Assembly (NCBI RefSeq): GCF_009914755.1
Contig: NC_060927.1
Origin: the human T2T-CHM13v2.0 reference genome, Homo sapiens
Direction: 5' to 3' (one strand)
DNA: 64,000 nt
Shown: in pieces, positions 1 to 18,539 of the stretch
Numbering within the stretch: the stretch's first letter is position 1
How the letters are laid out: each line of letters opens with the position of its first letter
Position numbers and translations under genes: made by a program
The notes under the pieces: model-generated
The model's input: the letters and a program-made list of their open reading frames with translations, nothing else
What the model was told of the DNA's origin: nothing
The model's database searches: none

Positions 1-477
<477 letters not shown>

Positions 478-729
478 TTTTCTTAACTATTTGTAATTTA
501 TTTTCCTTCTTCTCTACGTATATGATAATAAACCCCATTATTTCTATCTCCATAATATACCTTGACTTTCAATTTCTTTCTCTCTACTTCTTTTCTTACT
601 GATTTGATTCTTGGGGGGAAAACTGTGTAACGCTAGCCTAAATGAAAAAAGAGAAGAAAAGAGGAAATGAGTAGTGCATGGCATTTTAATTTCCCCTTTT
701 CTTTTATTCTCTCTATACAACAGGAGCCA

Positions 730-1180
730 TGAGCTTTTTAAAATGCATACGGAATCATTGTATCTCTTCAGTGGTCAGCCTTCCAGTGGTTCTGATCGCA
801 TTTAGAATAAGAGCCAATCCCTCGCTCTGTCTCTGACAGCACCTCTTTTCTATTTGCCCATTTGCTGAAGTACTAACCTGTTTCCTACCTGAGATCTTTG
901 CTTATGCTGCTTCTGCTATCTCGATTGTTCATCCCTGGCTCTTCATCCGAGAGGCTTTCCCCAGCAGTCCTATAGAAATAGGTCCCTGGTATTTGTTATG
1001 ACAGTACTATGTAGCTTACCTTCAGTGACCTTTTGTGTTTATAATTCAGCCATTATTGTTTTCTGTGCTAATCTGTAAATTCCATGAAAATGAGCACTGT
1101 TCTCTTTATCTCTGTATACCCAGTGCCTAACAGTGCACCCTATACGTACAAATATATTTGTTTATTTACCTAATGAATTT
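730..1180 (+). mobile_element. L2 LINE 3' fragment
   Basis: L2-like motifs (gcatttagaataa, tgtatacccagtgcctaacagtg, aaatatatttgtt...aatgaat); heavily decayed. Confidence 0.6.
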
Positions 1181-2069
1181 TCATTATGCCAAACATAAAA
1201 AATGCACAGTATCCATTGAATAAATGAATTTTTATTGAAGTTAAAGATTGTCTAGTATATATTAAATAAAAAGCAAATTATAGAGCAGTATATGTGAGGA
1301 AAAATGTTGGTTATATATTCATATCTTTTAGGAAAAAAGATACTCATATAGTGTACAGACAAAAGCTTGGAAGTATATATATATTTAAACCATTAGTATT
1401 GGTTATTGTGGAAATGATGTTGGGATTAGGTGTAGGAGAGGCACACTCCAAAAATAGAGGACTTTGAATTTAACTTATGTCTATATTATTTGAGTTTTTA
1501 AAATAAGGGTATATTATTTTATAATAAATAAAACATTAGAAAGAAATACACTAAAATGGTAACAGGGAACTGTCTCTTCTTAGAAATGGGACTCAGAAAG
1601 GACCAAATTCCCCCTGACACCTGAGACATTGTGCTGGTGGTTGCTTTGGTGCTGCACTGGCTGAGTTGAATGCACCGCCCCACCCACCTCACTCTTTTTG
1701 ATGTTGGAAAAATAACTGGCTAGGTATAGGGATCAGTTGGAGGAGTGTTTGGTAGCTTTTTCTTTAAATCAAATTAAAATCCCTGCTGTGGCCAATTACC
1801 AAGAAGAGAAAATTAGATGACTAAAATTACTTGCTTAAAATAAAGCAGACTGGAAAGAGCTTTTTTATTTTCTGTAGAAGACTTTGCTGCTTCTCTCAAT
1901 TGTAATGAGATGTAATATTAGAGAATATAATGTATTTTAATGGGTCTAATTTTAAAGAATATAATGTTGGGGTACTATATTACAAACTTTCTGAGATGAG
2001 TAATATACTTTTTGAATGTTTTCTATATATAGACATTATTTTATCAAATCCTTGAAATGACATTGAAGA

Positions 2070-2185
2070 TAATATTAACCACATTTTACAAACAAAGGAA
2101 CTGAAACTTAGGTAACAAAAATTGCCCTGTGTCACAAAGCTAGTAAATAGAGGAGCTAGATTTGCATTATAGGTTTTCCTAGCCC
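2070..2185. mobile_element. MIR fragment
   Basis: cattttaca...gaaact...ttgccc.gtgtcacaaagctagtaaat.gaggagctagattt matches the MIR core. Confidence 0.65.
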
Positions 2186-2239
2186 TCATCCCTCAGCATT
2201 AGATCTGGATGTACTCCAGACCTGGGACTTTGAATGCTA

Positions 2240-2390
2240 GCTCTTGATTAGACTAATTGGAGAGCTTTTAAAATACTGATGCCCAGGCTGCACACCAAGT
2301 ATTTGAATTAGAATCTCTGAAGATGGGGCCCAGATTTGTTTAAGAAAAAACAACAAACTCTTCAGGTGATTCTGATGTAGTGAGGGTTAT
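2240..2390. mobile_element. MER5A-like hAT-Charlie fragment
   Basis: ggagagcttttaaaatactgatgcccagg...agaatctctg...caggtgattctgatg. Confidence 0.65.
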
Positions 2391-3509
2391 TGCAGACTCT
2401 TGGAGCTAGCATCAGTGGTTTACGAATGAGTTGATACAATTTCTGGAAAGGTGGGAGGGAGACAATAAAAAGAAGGTTAGTCTCTGATACCTAAGCCATG
2501 GGTACCTGGTATACCCAAGGCCATGCTCTGAATACTTTCTTCCTAGAAACTTTTTATAAATAGTGTAAAAAATCATAGCATCGTTAATATAGCAATATCT
2601 TTTAGTTTCTTCAAGACCTAGAGGTCTAACTACTGTATGTCTAATTTCCATGGAAAATGTCCAGATTCTAAATAAACAATGTAAATATTATGTTATGGCT
2701 TTTTCATAAGCAAAGGATTACTGAAATTTAATATACAAAACAAAAGTTTAAAAATATTTTATCCATGGAAAACTGTCATTTAGATAAGCACCATAAATCT
2801 AGCAACTAATCCTGCAGTGTGATTAAAAAGATTACAGAAGTTATTTCCTTTGGACATTGTTCTGGTTAATTGTAAAACTTGAAATAGTCATATCAGAATG
2901 TTGGCTTAAAATGTTTTCATTAATCTGTACTTAAGTAATGTTCTTCTAAATTTTATTAAAATTTTAGGCTCATTTAACTAACACTAATGTTCCTCTAGAA
3001 ATTAAAAAGAGTTAAAATTATAGCTTATTGTGGAGTAGCATTTATTGCTATCAGTGAAGCAAATATTTCTAAAGAGTTTTACTGCTATAAAACCATAGAA
3101 ATAATGCCACAAATGCATATTTAGCAGAAAATGACAACCAAAATGGGAAATCTTTGCCCAACCTGTTAAGATATAAGTATAAATAAGTTATTATTTCATA
3201 TATTGTCAGTTTTTCAGCTTGATTTGAAATTTCCAAAGAGAGGGTTCGTTGAAAGACCATATGCTCTTGAAACTATGGCAGAGCCATTGCAGTGGAGATC
3301 TCTGGTTAGAGTTAGACACTGTGATAGCAGGCTATGGGGAGACTCAAAGGAGACAACACCCAGCCCTTGCTCTTACTCAAATACTTATATTGGGGATTTC
3401 TCCAAATAGAAACCTAGTTATTTACCTTGAAACATACATTCTATGATCTCTAAAATTTAGAGTACCCAGACCTCTCCTTATACCCTAGGTTTTATCCAGC
3501 CTTGTAGCG

Positions 3510-3750
3510 TTAAATATTCTCTTCGTACTGATGACTCAGAAATTTATATTTCTGGTTAGAACCTTTCTTGGTACTCAGGATTCACATATCCACTGTCTAT
3601 CCAACGTTTTCATTTTGGTGTTCAATAGGAATCTCAAACTCAACATGTGCAAAAAAAAGGCTTAGACTCTGCTTCCCACCTCAGACTTCTCCTTCTTGGT
3701 AAATGGCAATTCAGTCCTGCTAATAGACCAAAATGATTAAGGTCTCTTCA
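3510..3750 (+). mobile_element. L2 fragment
   Basis: tgatgactc...atctcaaactcaacatgt...aaatggcaattc are L2 ORF2 3' motifs. Confidence 0.55.
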
Positions 3751-4527
3751 CTTTTCAAACTATTTTTGCAAAGACTGCATTCCTTGTTGTAGATGGTCAC
3801 TGAAGTGGCTCTGTTTCTTCAGCTTGGGTTCATCTATAATTTTAACAGATTTCATTGAATGCCATAAACTAAAAAACAGTAAAACGACACCCAAGAAAAG
3901 TAAATAGCACTCCCTTTCTTTGTAGATTGGCCATGTGCTGGCCACTGCTTCAACACCTAGTTAGGCTCACAGTGGACCTAGGGATCAGCCCAAAGGGAAA
4001 ACTGAGGGTCTTCTCTGGCCTTTTCTTAGCATGTATATGGCTTTCTAAATTCCCTTGTATACCTAGGTGCTTTTAAATGTCCTAATTTCCCATGGAATCT
4101 TTCTCAGGTTTTTGCTTCTGGACCTTGAATGGCCTGTTACATGTTTTGACCCCATAATCTTTTGCTCAGGCGACTGTGGTTTTTAAGTTCATCTTGCAGT
4201 GTTCTTGAACAATGCCAGCCACTTTTTCAGCCTATGTCCAAATTAGGCAAAACAGACAAAAGTGTCTTGTGGCAGCGTTTCAGGTATCCAAATAGACAAG
4301 TTAGAAAAGACACATACAATAATTTGTGAATGAAGTCTCTTCTGCTCCCCTCAGAACCAGGGACCAGGGTCCCATACTGGGAACACAGCTTGCTGCCTGA
4401 CTGCTACCACTGCTTTAAGACTGTTGCCTTGCTGGGGAAGGCCTAGGACAAGGGCAAATAAAAACACCACAAAACTTTGTATTTTCAAGTTGCCTTTTTC
4501 TTGGTTTAGCATTTGCTTGGTTTTTAG

Positions 4528-4962
<435 letters not shown>

Positions 4963-5059
4963 TAGTACTCCATTTGATGGACATCCCACAATTTGTTTAT
5001 CTACCTGTTGGGAAACTTTTGGATTGCTCCGAATTTTGATCTATTTCGAATAAAGCAGT

Positions 5060-5572
5060 TGTGATGGTTAATTTTGTCTACTTGATTGAGCTGCCAAATA
5101 TTTAGTCAGATATTAATCTGGTGTTTTTGGGTAGTATTAACATTTTGAATTAATAGATTGAGTAAAGTATATTGCCCTCCCCATGTGTAGGTGGCCCTCA
5201 TCCAATTAGTTGAAGGCCTAACAGACCAAAAAAGACTGACTTTCCTGTAAGAAGAAACTCCTGCTTGACTTATGGAGCTGGGACATTGGTTTTTTCCTGC
5301 ATTCCAACTCAAATGGAAACATTTGGCTCTGACTGAGTCTTGAACCTGCTGGCTGTCAGACTGAATCTTTTACCATAGACTCTCCTGGTTCTTGGGCCTT
5401 TGGAGTTGGACTGGAACTACATCATTGGCTCTCCTGGGTGTCAAAGTTGCCAACTGCAGATCTTGTGACTTCTTAGTGTCCATAATTGCATGAGCCAAAT
5501 CCTGTAATAAGTCTCTTTCTGTATATAGACATCCTGTTGGTTCTGTTTCTCTGGAGAATGCTAACAATCACA
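5060..5572 (+). mobile_element. MLT2 (ERVL) solo LTR
   Basis: starts tgtgatggttaatttt, ends ctgttggttctgtttctctggagaa...aca. Confidence 0.85.
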
Positions 5573-5877
5573 AATACCGTGTGTATGTATTATGTAGATA
5601 TATCTTTTTATTTCTCTTGGGTGAATAGGAGTGGAATCACTAGATCATACTGTAAGTGTATGTTTTACTTTATGAAACTGCCAGATTGTTTTCCAAAGTT
5701 GTCACATTTTACATTCCCACCAGTAATATATGAGAGTACCAGTTGTTCTTCATTCTCAAAGTACTCATCATTGTCAGTATATTTTATTTTATCTATTCTG
5801 ATAGGTGTGTCTCTCACTATTGTTTTAATTTAATTTCACTAGTAGCTAGTGATGTTGAGCATCTTTTCATGACTCAT

Positions 5878-6303
<426 letters not shown>

Positions 6304-7944
6304 TAGTCCTTTGCCAGATATTTGATTTGCAGATATTTTCTCTTTGTCTATAGTTTGTCTTTTCATTTCTTAGTTGTATCTTCACACAGCAAAAGTTTCA
6401 AATTTTGAAGTCCAAGTTTATTGATCTTTTATAGATTATGCTTTTGATATCATGACTGAATTCTTAGCTTATCCACAGCTTATAAAGATTTTCTCCTGTA
6501 TTTATTCTATAAGTTGTATAGTCTTATAACTGTGATCCAGTTTAAGTTAATTTTTATGTAAGGTTCAAGGTTTATTTGGGGGAGCAGTGGCATTTGGAGA
6601 TCCAGTTGTTTCAAAACCACATTTGTTTAAACAGCCTTGAACTTTGACAAATTCAATTTGTTAAAAGGACTGTTCTTTGCACTCAGACTTATCACCCCTC
6701 CTACTTGTTTATTCCCTTGTCATTTTGGATAAAATGCTTGTAGCTCCTCTCTGACCCACTTAATGATCTTAGACAAATTACATTTCCACTTGTTATGACA
6801 TTTTTTTCTTAAGCTATATTTGACCCTTTCAACCTCAAAGTATTTGAAAAGAAATAACTGGTCTGTTAACTCTGGATAAATGTATGTGATTAATTTTAAA
6901 TGATTATTATTCATTCTGGAAAGCATTATTTAAGTCTATGTGGTATGCCCTGACTAGTCAAATACAATAAAGAGATTACTCCTTAGATATGGGGCATAGA
7001 GTCTAGAAACATAAAGAAGGAAATGTGAATACATATTCCTAACATAAGATGTTTCAGATAGCCAGAATCTCTTTGTAGCTCTCTTCTTTTCAGTGCTTTG
7101 CATTTTCCTATTGATTCATTAAAAAGTAGTTAAGGGGAAAAGAAGATGAGAAGAAAACCTCAAATAGATCTCAGTGATTCTTCACATTTTTTTAAAGAGC
7201 TGCTAGTCAGTCTTTTAGCAGAAAGTGTGTCCAGCCTAAGCAGTACATTACTCTGTAGTCTGTAGGCTGGTTGGGAATGGAAGCAGAGAGCCATACAGCA
7301 AAGCAGGTAAGGAGGTAAGGTCAATTTACAAGTGAAATTCTAGAATCTCTAAATCCCTCTGTCTCTATATTGGTGAAACTTAAAAACATCTAGAGATAAA
7401 TTTCTAGTTATAGTACAGTTTACCAAAACAATTCATAGAGCTGCAAGTGAAAGACATACATTTACGCTAATGATTTATGTATGCATGATGGATATTACTG
7501 AACCTATTTGTTAGTAATAGACCTGATACCAAGTGGGAAATCTTAACATTTTCCATAGTGGAGAATTCGTAGGTAACATTTACCCATTTTCTATGCCAAC
7601 TTTTTAATTTTCTATCATTAATCAGCTTCTCCTATTTCTTGATACAATAAGCTGGTACAATCTCATAACATGTTTGTCTCTTGGAATGTCTTCAATGTAA
7701 TTTTCACTTGGACATGTTCTATTCAGAGAAAAAGGAAATAAATTATTTCTAAATGTGTTTGGATTTGAGCAATTTTTGTCCAGGTGTTGGTGAATGGATT
7801 GAGTTCTGGGTTTGTGGGGGAAAAACTGCTAGCCACTATAGGATATTACCAAAAAATTAATACACTTAAAGTAAAAACAACAAAACAGCCTACCTTCCTA
7901 AGAATCAAGAAATTTTAAATATGTACGTAGCTGAGAAAGGTGGG

Positions 7945-8460
7945 TGTGTTAGGCAGCCTCTGAAATGGCCTCCAATTATCCTTGTTGACTTCAGATACTT
8001 AACACTCCCATGAAATACCCTCCACTTGAGTGTGGGCTTGATGTAATGACTTGCCTCTAGTGAATAGAATGCAGTAAAAATGATGTGGGTTGTCATCTTT
8101 GAGATTAAGTTATAAAGACTGGAATTTCCATCTTGGATGCCCGTTTTTTCTTTCTTTCTCTCTCTTTCTGTTTGTGTCTTTTGGATAAATCACTCTGGGG
8201 GAATCCAGCTACCACGTTGTGAGGCAAGCTATGGAGAGGCCCATGTGAGTGAATTTAAGAGCAGACTTTACTTCAGCCAAGTCTTGAAATGACAGCAGCC
8301 TGGCTAACGTGTTTTAATTGTAGTCTCACATGAGATCCTAAGCCAGACTAATTAAGCCACTTCCAGATTCCTGATCCATAAAAACTATGACATCATATTT
8401 GTGATTTCCAGGCTCTAAGTTGTAGGGTAATTTGTTATACAGCTATAGAGAACTAAAATA
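7945..8460 (+). mobile_element. MLT1 (ERVL-MaLR) solo LTR
   Basis: aggcagcctctgaaatggcc...ctaagttgtagggtaatttgttatacagc.atag.aactaa. Confidence 0.8.
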
Positions 8461-9189
8461 ATGGATTAGGTTTAGGTTTCTCTTGTCATAAGTATGGTAG
8501 AGATTGTGATTCCAACTGTGTTTATGAAACTTTGGAACCATGATTATAGTAGTATTATATAGTAGAATGATTGTAGTAGATAATTTATAATACTGCATTA
8601 TTCTACTGATTTAATTTTATTCTTTTCTCTCCCCTTTCTACTGTAATGCAAACTTCATTTGAGAAGAGATTTAAGTTTTTTTTTTTTTTTTTTACAAACT
8701 CCTGCATCATTTCTCATTAGGTGGTCAGACTGGAAATGTAGAACAGTGATGATCACAATGACTTACTATATAGTTATAACTTACTTAAGTGGAATATATT
8801 TTCCCATAGTATTCTTACTCTTTATCGTTCATTCAGGCCTACACATCTTTAACGTTTCATATTTCATTTGACAACAGCATCCTAGATATATGAAGTTAAT
8901 CTAATTTGAAAAGTCCTTTTATTCATTTAAGATTGGTGGAGCAACTAAGTCTTATTATTTCTTGATTTATATGTTGTACTGACTGAGCATGAAACATTCT
9001 TCATTTTAAGAGAAAATACTGTTTATGATGTCATATCATGCTATGTTTTTAGTCACATTTTAAAGAAATTATTTTGAAGTAAAGATAAAAAAGGAAATTT
9101 AAAAATATTTCTAAGTGGAATTCAGTAGTCTATTCTCAGAGATGATTACTGCCTTCACTTTGAGTTTATTTTCTCCACCTCTAGAACAC

Positions 9190-10340
9190 TGCGCTAAGGT
9201 GGGTTTTTTCTTCTGACTCACCAGTAACTTTTATCAATGATTTTTACTGGTTCCTCTTCATCTTTCTGTGTTTCTAACACTGGTGATGCCCCCAAACTTA
9301 ATTTCTGACCTCTTCTTTTCTGTTTATACCCAATCCTGCCACTGTCCCCTCTCGCCATTATCACCATTGACTTCCAGACTTGCATATTGCTTCCTTGAAC
9401 TTCCTTCAATGCATATTGCTTCCTTGAACTCCACACTTTTAACTAAACTTTATCTCTGTTTTGATGTCTAATAAGCACCTCAAACTCAATAGCTCCCAAA
9501 CAAAATTCCATATTGTATCAGCAAAATGATTCCTTTCTTGGTATTTATCTCAATGGTTTAGGCAAAAGACATCTGGAATTTCTCATACTATAACTCCAAT
9601 CAAATGTTTAGCAGGTTCTGTCAGCTCTACTTTCAAAATAAATCTAAATCTGACCACTTACCACCTCAACTGTTCTCACCCTCATATAAGCCATCATCAT
9701 CATTTATGTGATGGCTGCAGTAATCTCCTAACTGGTTTCTCTCCTCCCTCCCTTGCCCCTTCCATTTTTCCCCCAACTAACATCCAGAGAAATGTTCCAG
9801 AATGAAACACCAGATGTCATTCTTTTGCCTAAAACCCTCCAATGGCTATCATCTAACCCAGAGTAGAAGCAGAAGTCTAGAAAATGGTCTCTAGGGCCCC
9901 AGTGGATCTGCCCCCTTAGTTATATATATGACTGTATTTCCTGCTTTCTCTTCTGCCCCTTTCTTTTAGTTCACTCCAGCTACCCTAGTTTCTTTTATAT
10001 TCTTTAAGTATGTCAGTGCCAAGCAAGCATTGACCTTAGAGCCTTTGTCTTTCCAGTTCTGTCTGCCTAGAATACTCCCCCCTTAGTTATCTTCATAGCT
10101 CATTCTGTCTCCCTCATGTCTCTGCTCGTGTTACAGTCTCAGCCAGTCTCCTGGCCATGATGTTTAAAATTATAAATGTTTCCTCTCACACTTCTTATTT
10201 CCCAATCCTGCTTTTTTTTTTTTTCTGTAGCACTTATCACCTCTAAGTCATAATCTAGTTATTCAGCTTAATTATCTTTTCTCCCTTCCCCAATAATGTA
10301 AACTTCATGAGAGAAGGGATTTAAAAAAATTGTTTTGTGT
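9190..10340 (+). mobile_element. L2 LINE fragment
   Basis: gcacctcaaactcaa, ctctactttcaaaata.atc, aaaaccctccaatggc, tagcacttatcacc, aatgtaaacttcatgagag. Confidence 0.75.
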
Positions 10341-10800
10341 ATTGCTTACAGCCAACTACCCACTGTACCCCTCTAGTAGATCCCATTGATACTTCAAATC
10401 AAAATACTTTAAAATGGTTCTCCTGTACTCCCAAATATTCCTTCAGATTCTTAACCTGGAAGTTGCCAAAGGCTTCTACCTTTCCTTCACTCCTTGAAAA
10501 GATTGAGTCTCATCAATTGTACTTCCTAAATACTTTGCAAGTCTACTCATTCCCTTCAAGCTCTGCTTCCACAGACCTTCATCATTTTTTTTTATTATTA
10601 TACTTTAAGTTCTAGGGTACACATGCACGACGTGCAGGTTTGTTACATATGTATACATGTGCTGTGTTGGTTTGCTGCACCCATTAACTCATCATTTCCA
10701 TGAGGTATTTCTCCTAGTGCTCTCCCTCCCTGCTCCCCCTACCCCACAACAGGCCCGGGTGTATGTTGTTCCCCACCCTGCATCCAGGCGTGCTCATTGT

Positions 10801-14625
<3,825 letters not shown>

Positions 14626-14683
14626 TGTTAGCTGGTTATTTTGCTCGTTAGTTGATGCAGTTTCCTCCTAGCATCAATGGTCT

Positions 14684-15704
14684 TTACAATTTGGCACGCT
14701 TTTTCAGTGACTGGTACTGGTTGTTACTTTTCGTATTTACTGCTTCCATCAGGAGCTCTTGTAGGGCAGGCTTGGTGGTGACAAAATCTCTCAGCATTTT
14801 CTTGTCTGTAAAGGATTTTATTTCTCCTTCACTTATGAAGCTTAGTTTGGCTGGATATGAAATTCTGGGTGGAAAATTCTTTCCTTTAAGAATGTTGAAT
14901 GTTGGCCCCCTCTCTCTTCTCGCTTGTGGGGTTTCTGCCGAGAGATCCACTGTTAGTCTGACGGGCTTCCCTTTGTGGGTAACCCGACCTTTCTCTCTGG
15001 CTGCCCTTAACATGTTTTCCTTCATTTCAACTTTGGTGAATCTGACAATTATGTGTCTTGGAGTTGCTCTTCTCGAGGAGTGTCTTTATGGTGTTCTTTG
15101 TATTTCCTGAATTTGAATGTTGGCGTGTCTTGCTAGGTTGGGGAAGTTCTCCTGGATAATATCCTGCAGAGTGTTTTCCAACTTGGTTCCGTTCTCCCCG
15201 TCACTTTCAGGTATACCAATCAGACGTGTACCTGATTGGTCTTTACACATAGTCCCATATTTCTTGGAGGCTTTGTTCATTTCTTTTTATTCTTTTTTCT
15301 CTGAAATTCTCTTCTCGCTTCATTTCATTCATTTGATCTTCAGTCACTGATACCCTTTCTTCCAGTTGTTCAAGTTGGCTACTGAAGCTTGTGCATTCGT
15401 CACATAGTTTTCCTGCCATGGTTTTCAGCTCCATCAGGTCGTTTAAGGATTTCTCTACACTGGTTATTCTAGTTAGCCATTCGTCTAATCTTTTTTCAAG
15501 GTTTTTAGCTTCTTTGTGATGAGTTTGAACTTCCTCCTTTAGCTCAGAGAAGTTTGATTGTCTGAAGCCTTCTTCTCTCAACTTGTCAAAGTCATTCTCT
15601 ATCCAGCTTTGTTGCATTGCGGGCGAGGAGCTGCATTCCTTTGGAGGGGAAGAGGCACACTGATTTTTAGAATTTTCAGCTTTTCTGCTCTGTTTTTTCC
15701 CCAT
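14684..15704 (-). pseudogene. decayed L1 ORF1
   Basis: MGKKQSRKAENSKNQ..., LENTLQDIIQENFPNLAR, RISYPAKLSFISEGEIKSF; frameshifted. Confidence 0.95.
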
Positions 15705-16753
15705 CTTTGTGGTTTTACCTACCTTTGGTCTTTGATGATGGTGACGTACAGATGGGGTTTTGGTGTGGATGTCCTTTCTGTTTGTTAGTTTTCCTTCTAA
15801 CAGTCAGGTTCCTGAGCTGCAGGTCAGTTGGAGTTTGCTGGAGGTCCACTCCAGATCCTGTTTGTCTGGGTATCAGCAGCAGATGCTCCAGAACAGCGAA
15901 TATTGCTGAATAGCAAATGTCGCTGCCTCATTGTTCCTCTGTAAGCTTTGTCTCAGAGGGGTAGAAGGCCGTGTGAGCTGTCAGTCTGCCCCTACTGGGG
16001 GGTCCCTCCCAGTTAGGCTACTCGGGGGTCAGGGACCCACTTGAGGAGGCAGTCTGTCAGTTCTCAGATCTCAAACTCCATGCTGGGAGAACCACTGCTC
16101 TCTTCAAAGCTGTCAGACAGGGACATTTAAGTCTGCAGAGGTTTCTGCTGCCTTTTGTTCAGCTATGCCCTGCCCAATGGAGTTAAATACTCCATTGCCC
16201 ACAGAGGTGGAGTCTACAGAGGCAGGCAGGCCTCCTTGAGCTGCGGTGGGCTCCACCCAGTTCGAGCTTCGAGGCCACTGTTTTTACCTACTCAAGCCTC
16301 AGCAATGGCAGGCACCCTCCTCCAGCCTCACTGCCACCTTGCAGTTCGATCTCAGACTGCTGTGCTAGCAATGAGTGAGGCTCTGTGGGTGTGGGACCCT
16401 CCAAGCCAGGCACAGGATATAATCTCCTCGTGTCCGTTTGCTAAGACCATTGGAAAAGTGCAGTATTAGGGTGGGAGTGACCCAATTTTCCAGGTGCCGT
16501 GTGTCACAGCTTCCCTTGGCTAGGAAAGGGATTTCTCTGACCCCTTGCGCTTCCTGGGTGAGGCGATGCCTTGTCCTGCTTTGGCTCACACCCGGTGGAC
16601 TGCACCCACTGTCCTGCACCCACTGTCCGATAAGCCCCAATGAGATGAACCTGGTACCTCAGTTGGAAATGCAGAAATCACCCGTCTTCTGTGTCGCTCA
16701 CACTGGGAGCTGTAGACTGGAGTTGTTCCTATTCGGCCATCTTTGAATCGCCC

Positions 16754-18265
16754 AGATTTGGTCTTTTCACATAGTCCCATATTTATTGGAGGGTTTGTTC
16801 GTTTCCTTTTAGTCTTTTTTTCTCTAAACCTCTCTTCTCGCTTCATTTCATTCATTTGATCTTCAATCACTGATACCCTTTCTTCTACTTGATCGAATCA
16901 GCTACTGAAGCTTGTGTGTGTGTCACATAGTTCTCGTGCCATGGTTTTCAGCTCCATCAGGTCATTTCAGGTCTTCTCCACACTGTTTATTCTAGTTAGC
17001 CATTCATCTAATCTTTTTTCCAGATGTTTAGCTTCCTTGCAATGGGTTCGAACATCCTCCTTTACCTTGGAGAAGTTTGTTATTACCGACTTTCTGAAGC
17101 CTACTTCTGTCACCTTGTCAAAGTTGTTCTCCGTCCTGCTTTGTTCTGATGTGGCAAGGAGCTGCGATCCTTTGGAGGAGATGCAGTGCTCTGGTTTTTA
17201 GAATTTTTAGCCTTTCTGCTCTGGTTTCTCCCCATCTTTGTGGTTTTATCTACCTTTGGTCTTTGATGATGGTGACCTACAGATGGGGTTTTGGTGCGGA
17301 TGTCCTTTTTGTTGATGTTGGTGCTATTCCTTTCTGTTTGTTAGTTTTCCTTATAACAATCAGGTCCCTCAGCTGCAGGTCTGTTGGAGTTTTTTGGAGG
17401 TCCACTCCAGACCCTGTTTGCCTGGGTATCACCAGTGGAGGCTGCAGAACAGCAAATATTGCAGAATAGCAAATATTGCTGCCTGATCATTCCTCTGGAA
17501 GCTTTGTCTCAGAGGGGCATCCGGCTGTATGAAGTGTCAGTCAGCCCCTATTGGGAGGTGTCTCCAAGTTAGTCTACTTGGCGGTCAGGGACCAACTTGA
17601 GTAGGCAGTCGGTCCGTTCTCAGAGCTGAAACGCCATGCTGGGAGAACCACTGCTCTCTTCAGAGCTTTTAGACAGGGACGTTTAAGTCTGCAGAAGTTT
17701 CTGCTGCCTTTTGTTCAGCTATGCCCTGTCCCCAGAAGTGGAATCTACAGAGACAGTCGGGCCTCATTGAGCTGTGGTGGACTCCACCCAGTTTGAGCTT
17801 CCTGGCCACTTTGTTTACCTCCTAAGCCTCAGCAATGGCGGACGCCCCTCCCCCAGCCATGCTTGCTGCCTAGCAGTTCGATCTGGGATTAGCAGTGAGT
17901 AAGGCTTCGTAGGCGTGGGACCCACTGAGCCATGCGCAGGATATAATCTCCTGGTGTGCTGTTTGTTAAGACCATTGGACAAGTGCAGTGTTTAGGTGGC
18001 AGTGTCCCGATTTTCCCGGTACAGTCTGTCAAGGCTTCCCTTGGCTAGGAAAGGGGAATCCCCCGACCCCTTGAGCTTCCTGGGTGGGGCAGTGCCCCAC
18101 CCTGCTTCAGCTCGCCCTCCGTCAGCTGCACCCACTTTCCAGCCAGTCCCAATGAGATGAATCAGGTACCTCAGTTGGAAATGCAGAAACCACCCATCTT
18201 CTGTGTTGATCACGCTTGGAGCTGCAGACCAGAGCTGTTCCTATTTGGCCATCTTGGAATGGAGC
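16754..18265 (-). mobile_element. second L1 5' unit (5'UTR plus ~480 bp of ORF1), older subfamily (about L1PA6)
   Basis: 5' end CAAGATGGCCAAATAGGAACAGCTC at ~18256; ORF1 ATG ~17235; extra gttgatgttggtgctattcc segment absent from the downstream copy. Confidence 0.92.
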
Positions 18266-18539
18266 ACCTTCATCATTTCTTAATAGGACTTCTCTGTAAG
18301 CTTCCTATCTAGATTTTCTGTTCCATACTCATTCTCTCTTACATTCTCCACCTCCCTCGACACTTATACCCATCATTCTGTATAGTGCTTCCAGAATCAG
18401 TTTCCTGAATCTGTTTGATCATATTATTTTCCAGTTAAATACCTCCATTGATTTGCTGTCATCTCTAGAATGCAGTCCAGGTTCTTCAACATGGTATACA
18501 AACTCTTCATAATCTCTTAAATATAAAATTATTGTTATT

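Noticed and set aside
3203-3446. Possible coding exon (LDLKFPKRGFVERPY...)
   Set aside because: No recognisable protein and no convincing donor site; cannot be supported without RNA or conservation data.
8690-8790. Acceptor-like site or C-box (tgatga) snoRNA
   Set aside because: No suitable D box with terminal stem and no paired donor.
16305-17880. L1 ORF0 in either 5'UTR (ATGs at ~16305 and ~17835)
   Set aside because: The first is frameshifted after MAG relative to the MAGAPPPAS pattern; the second stops after 12 codons.
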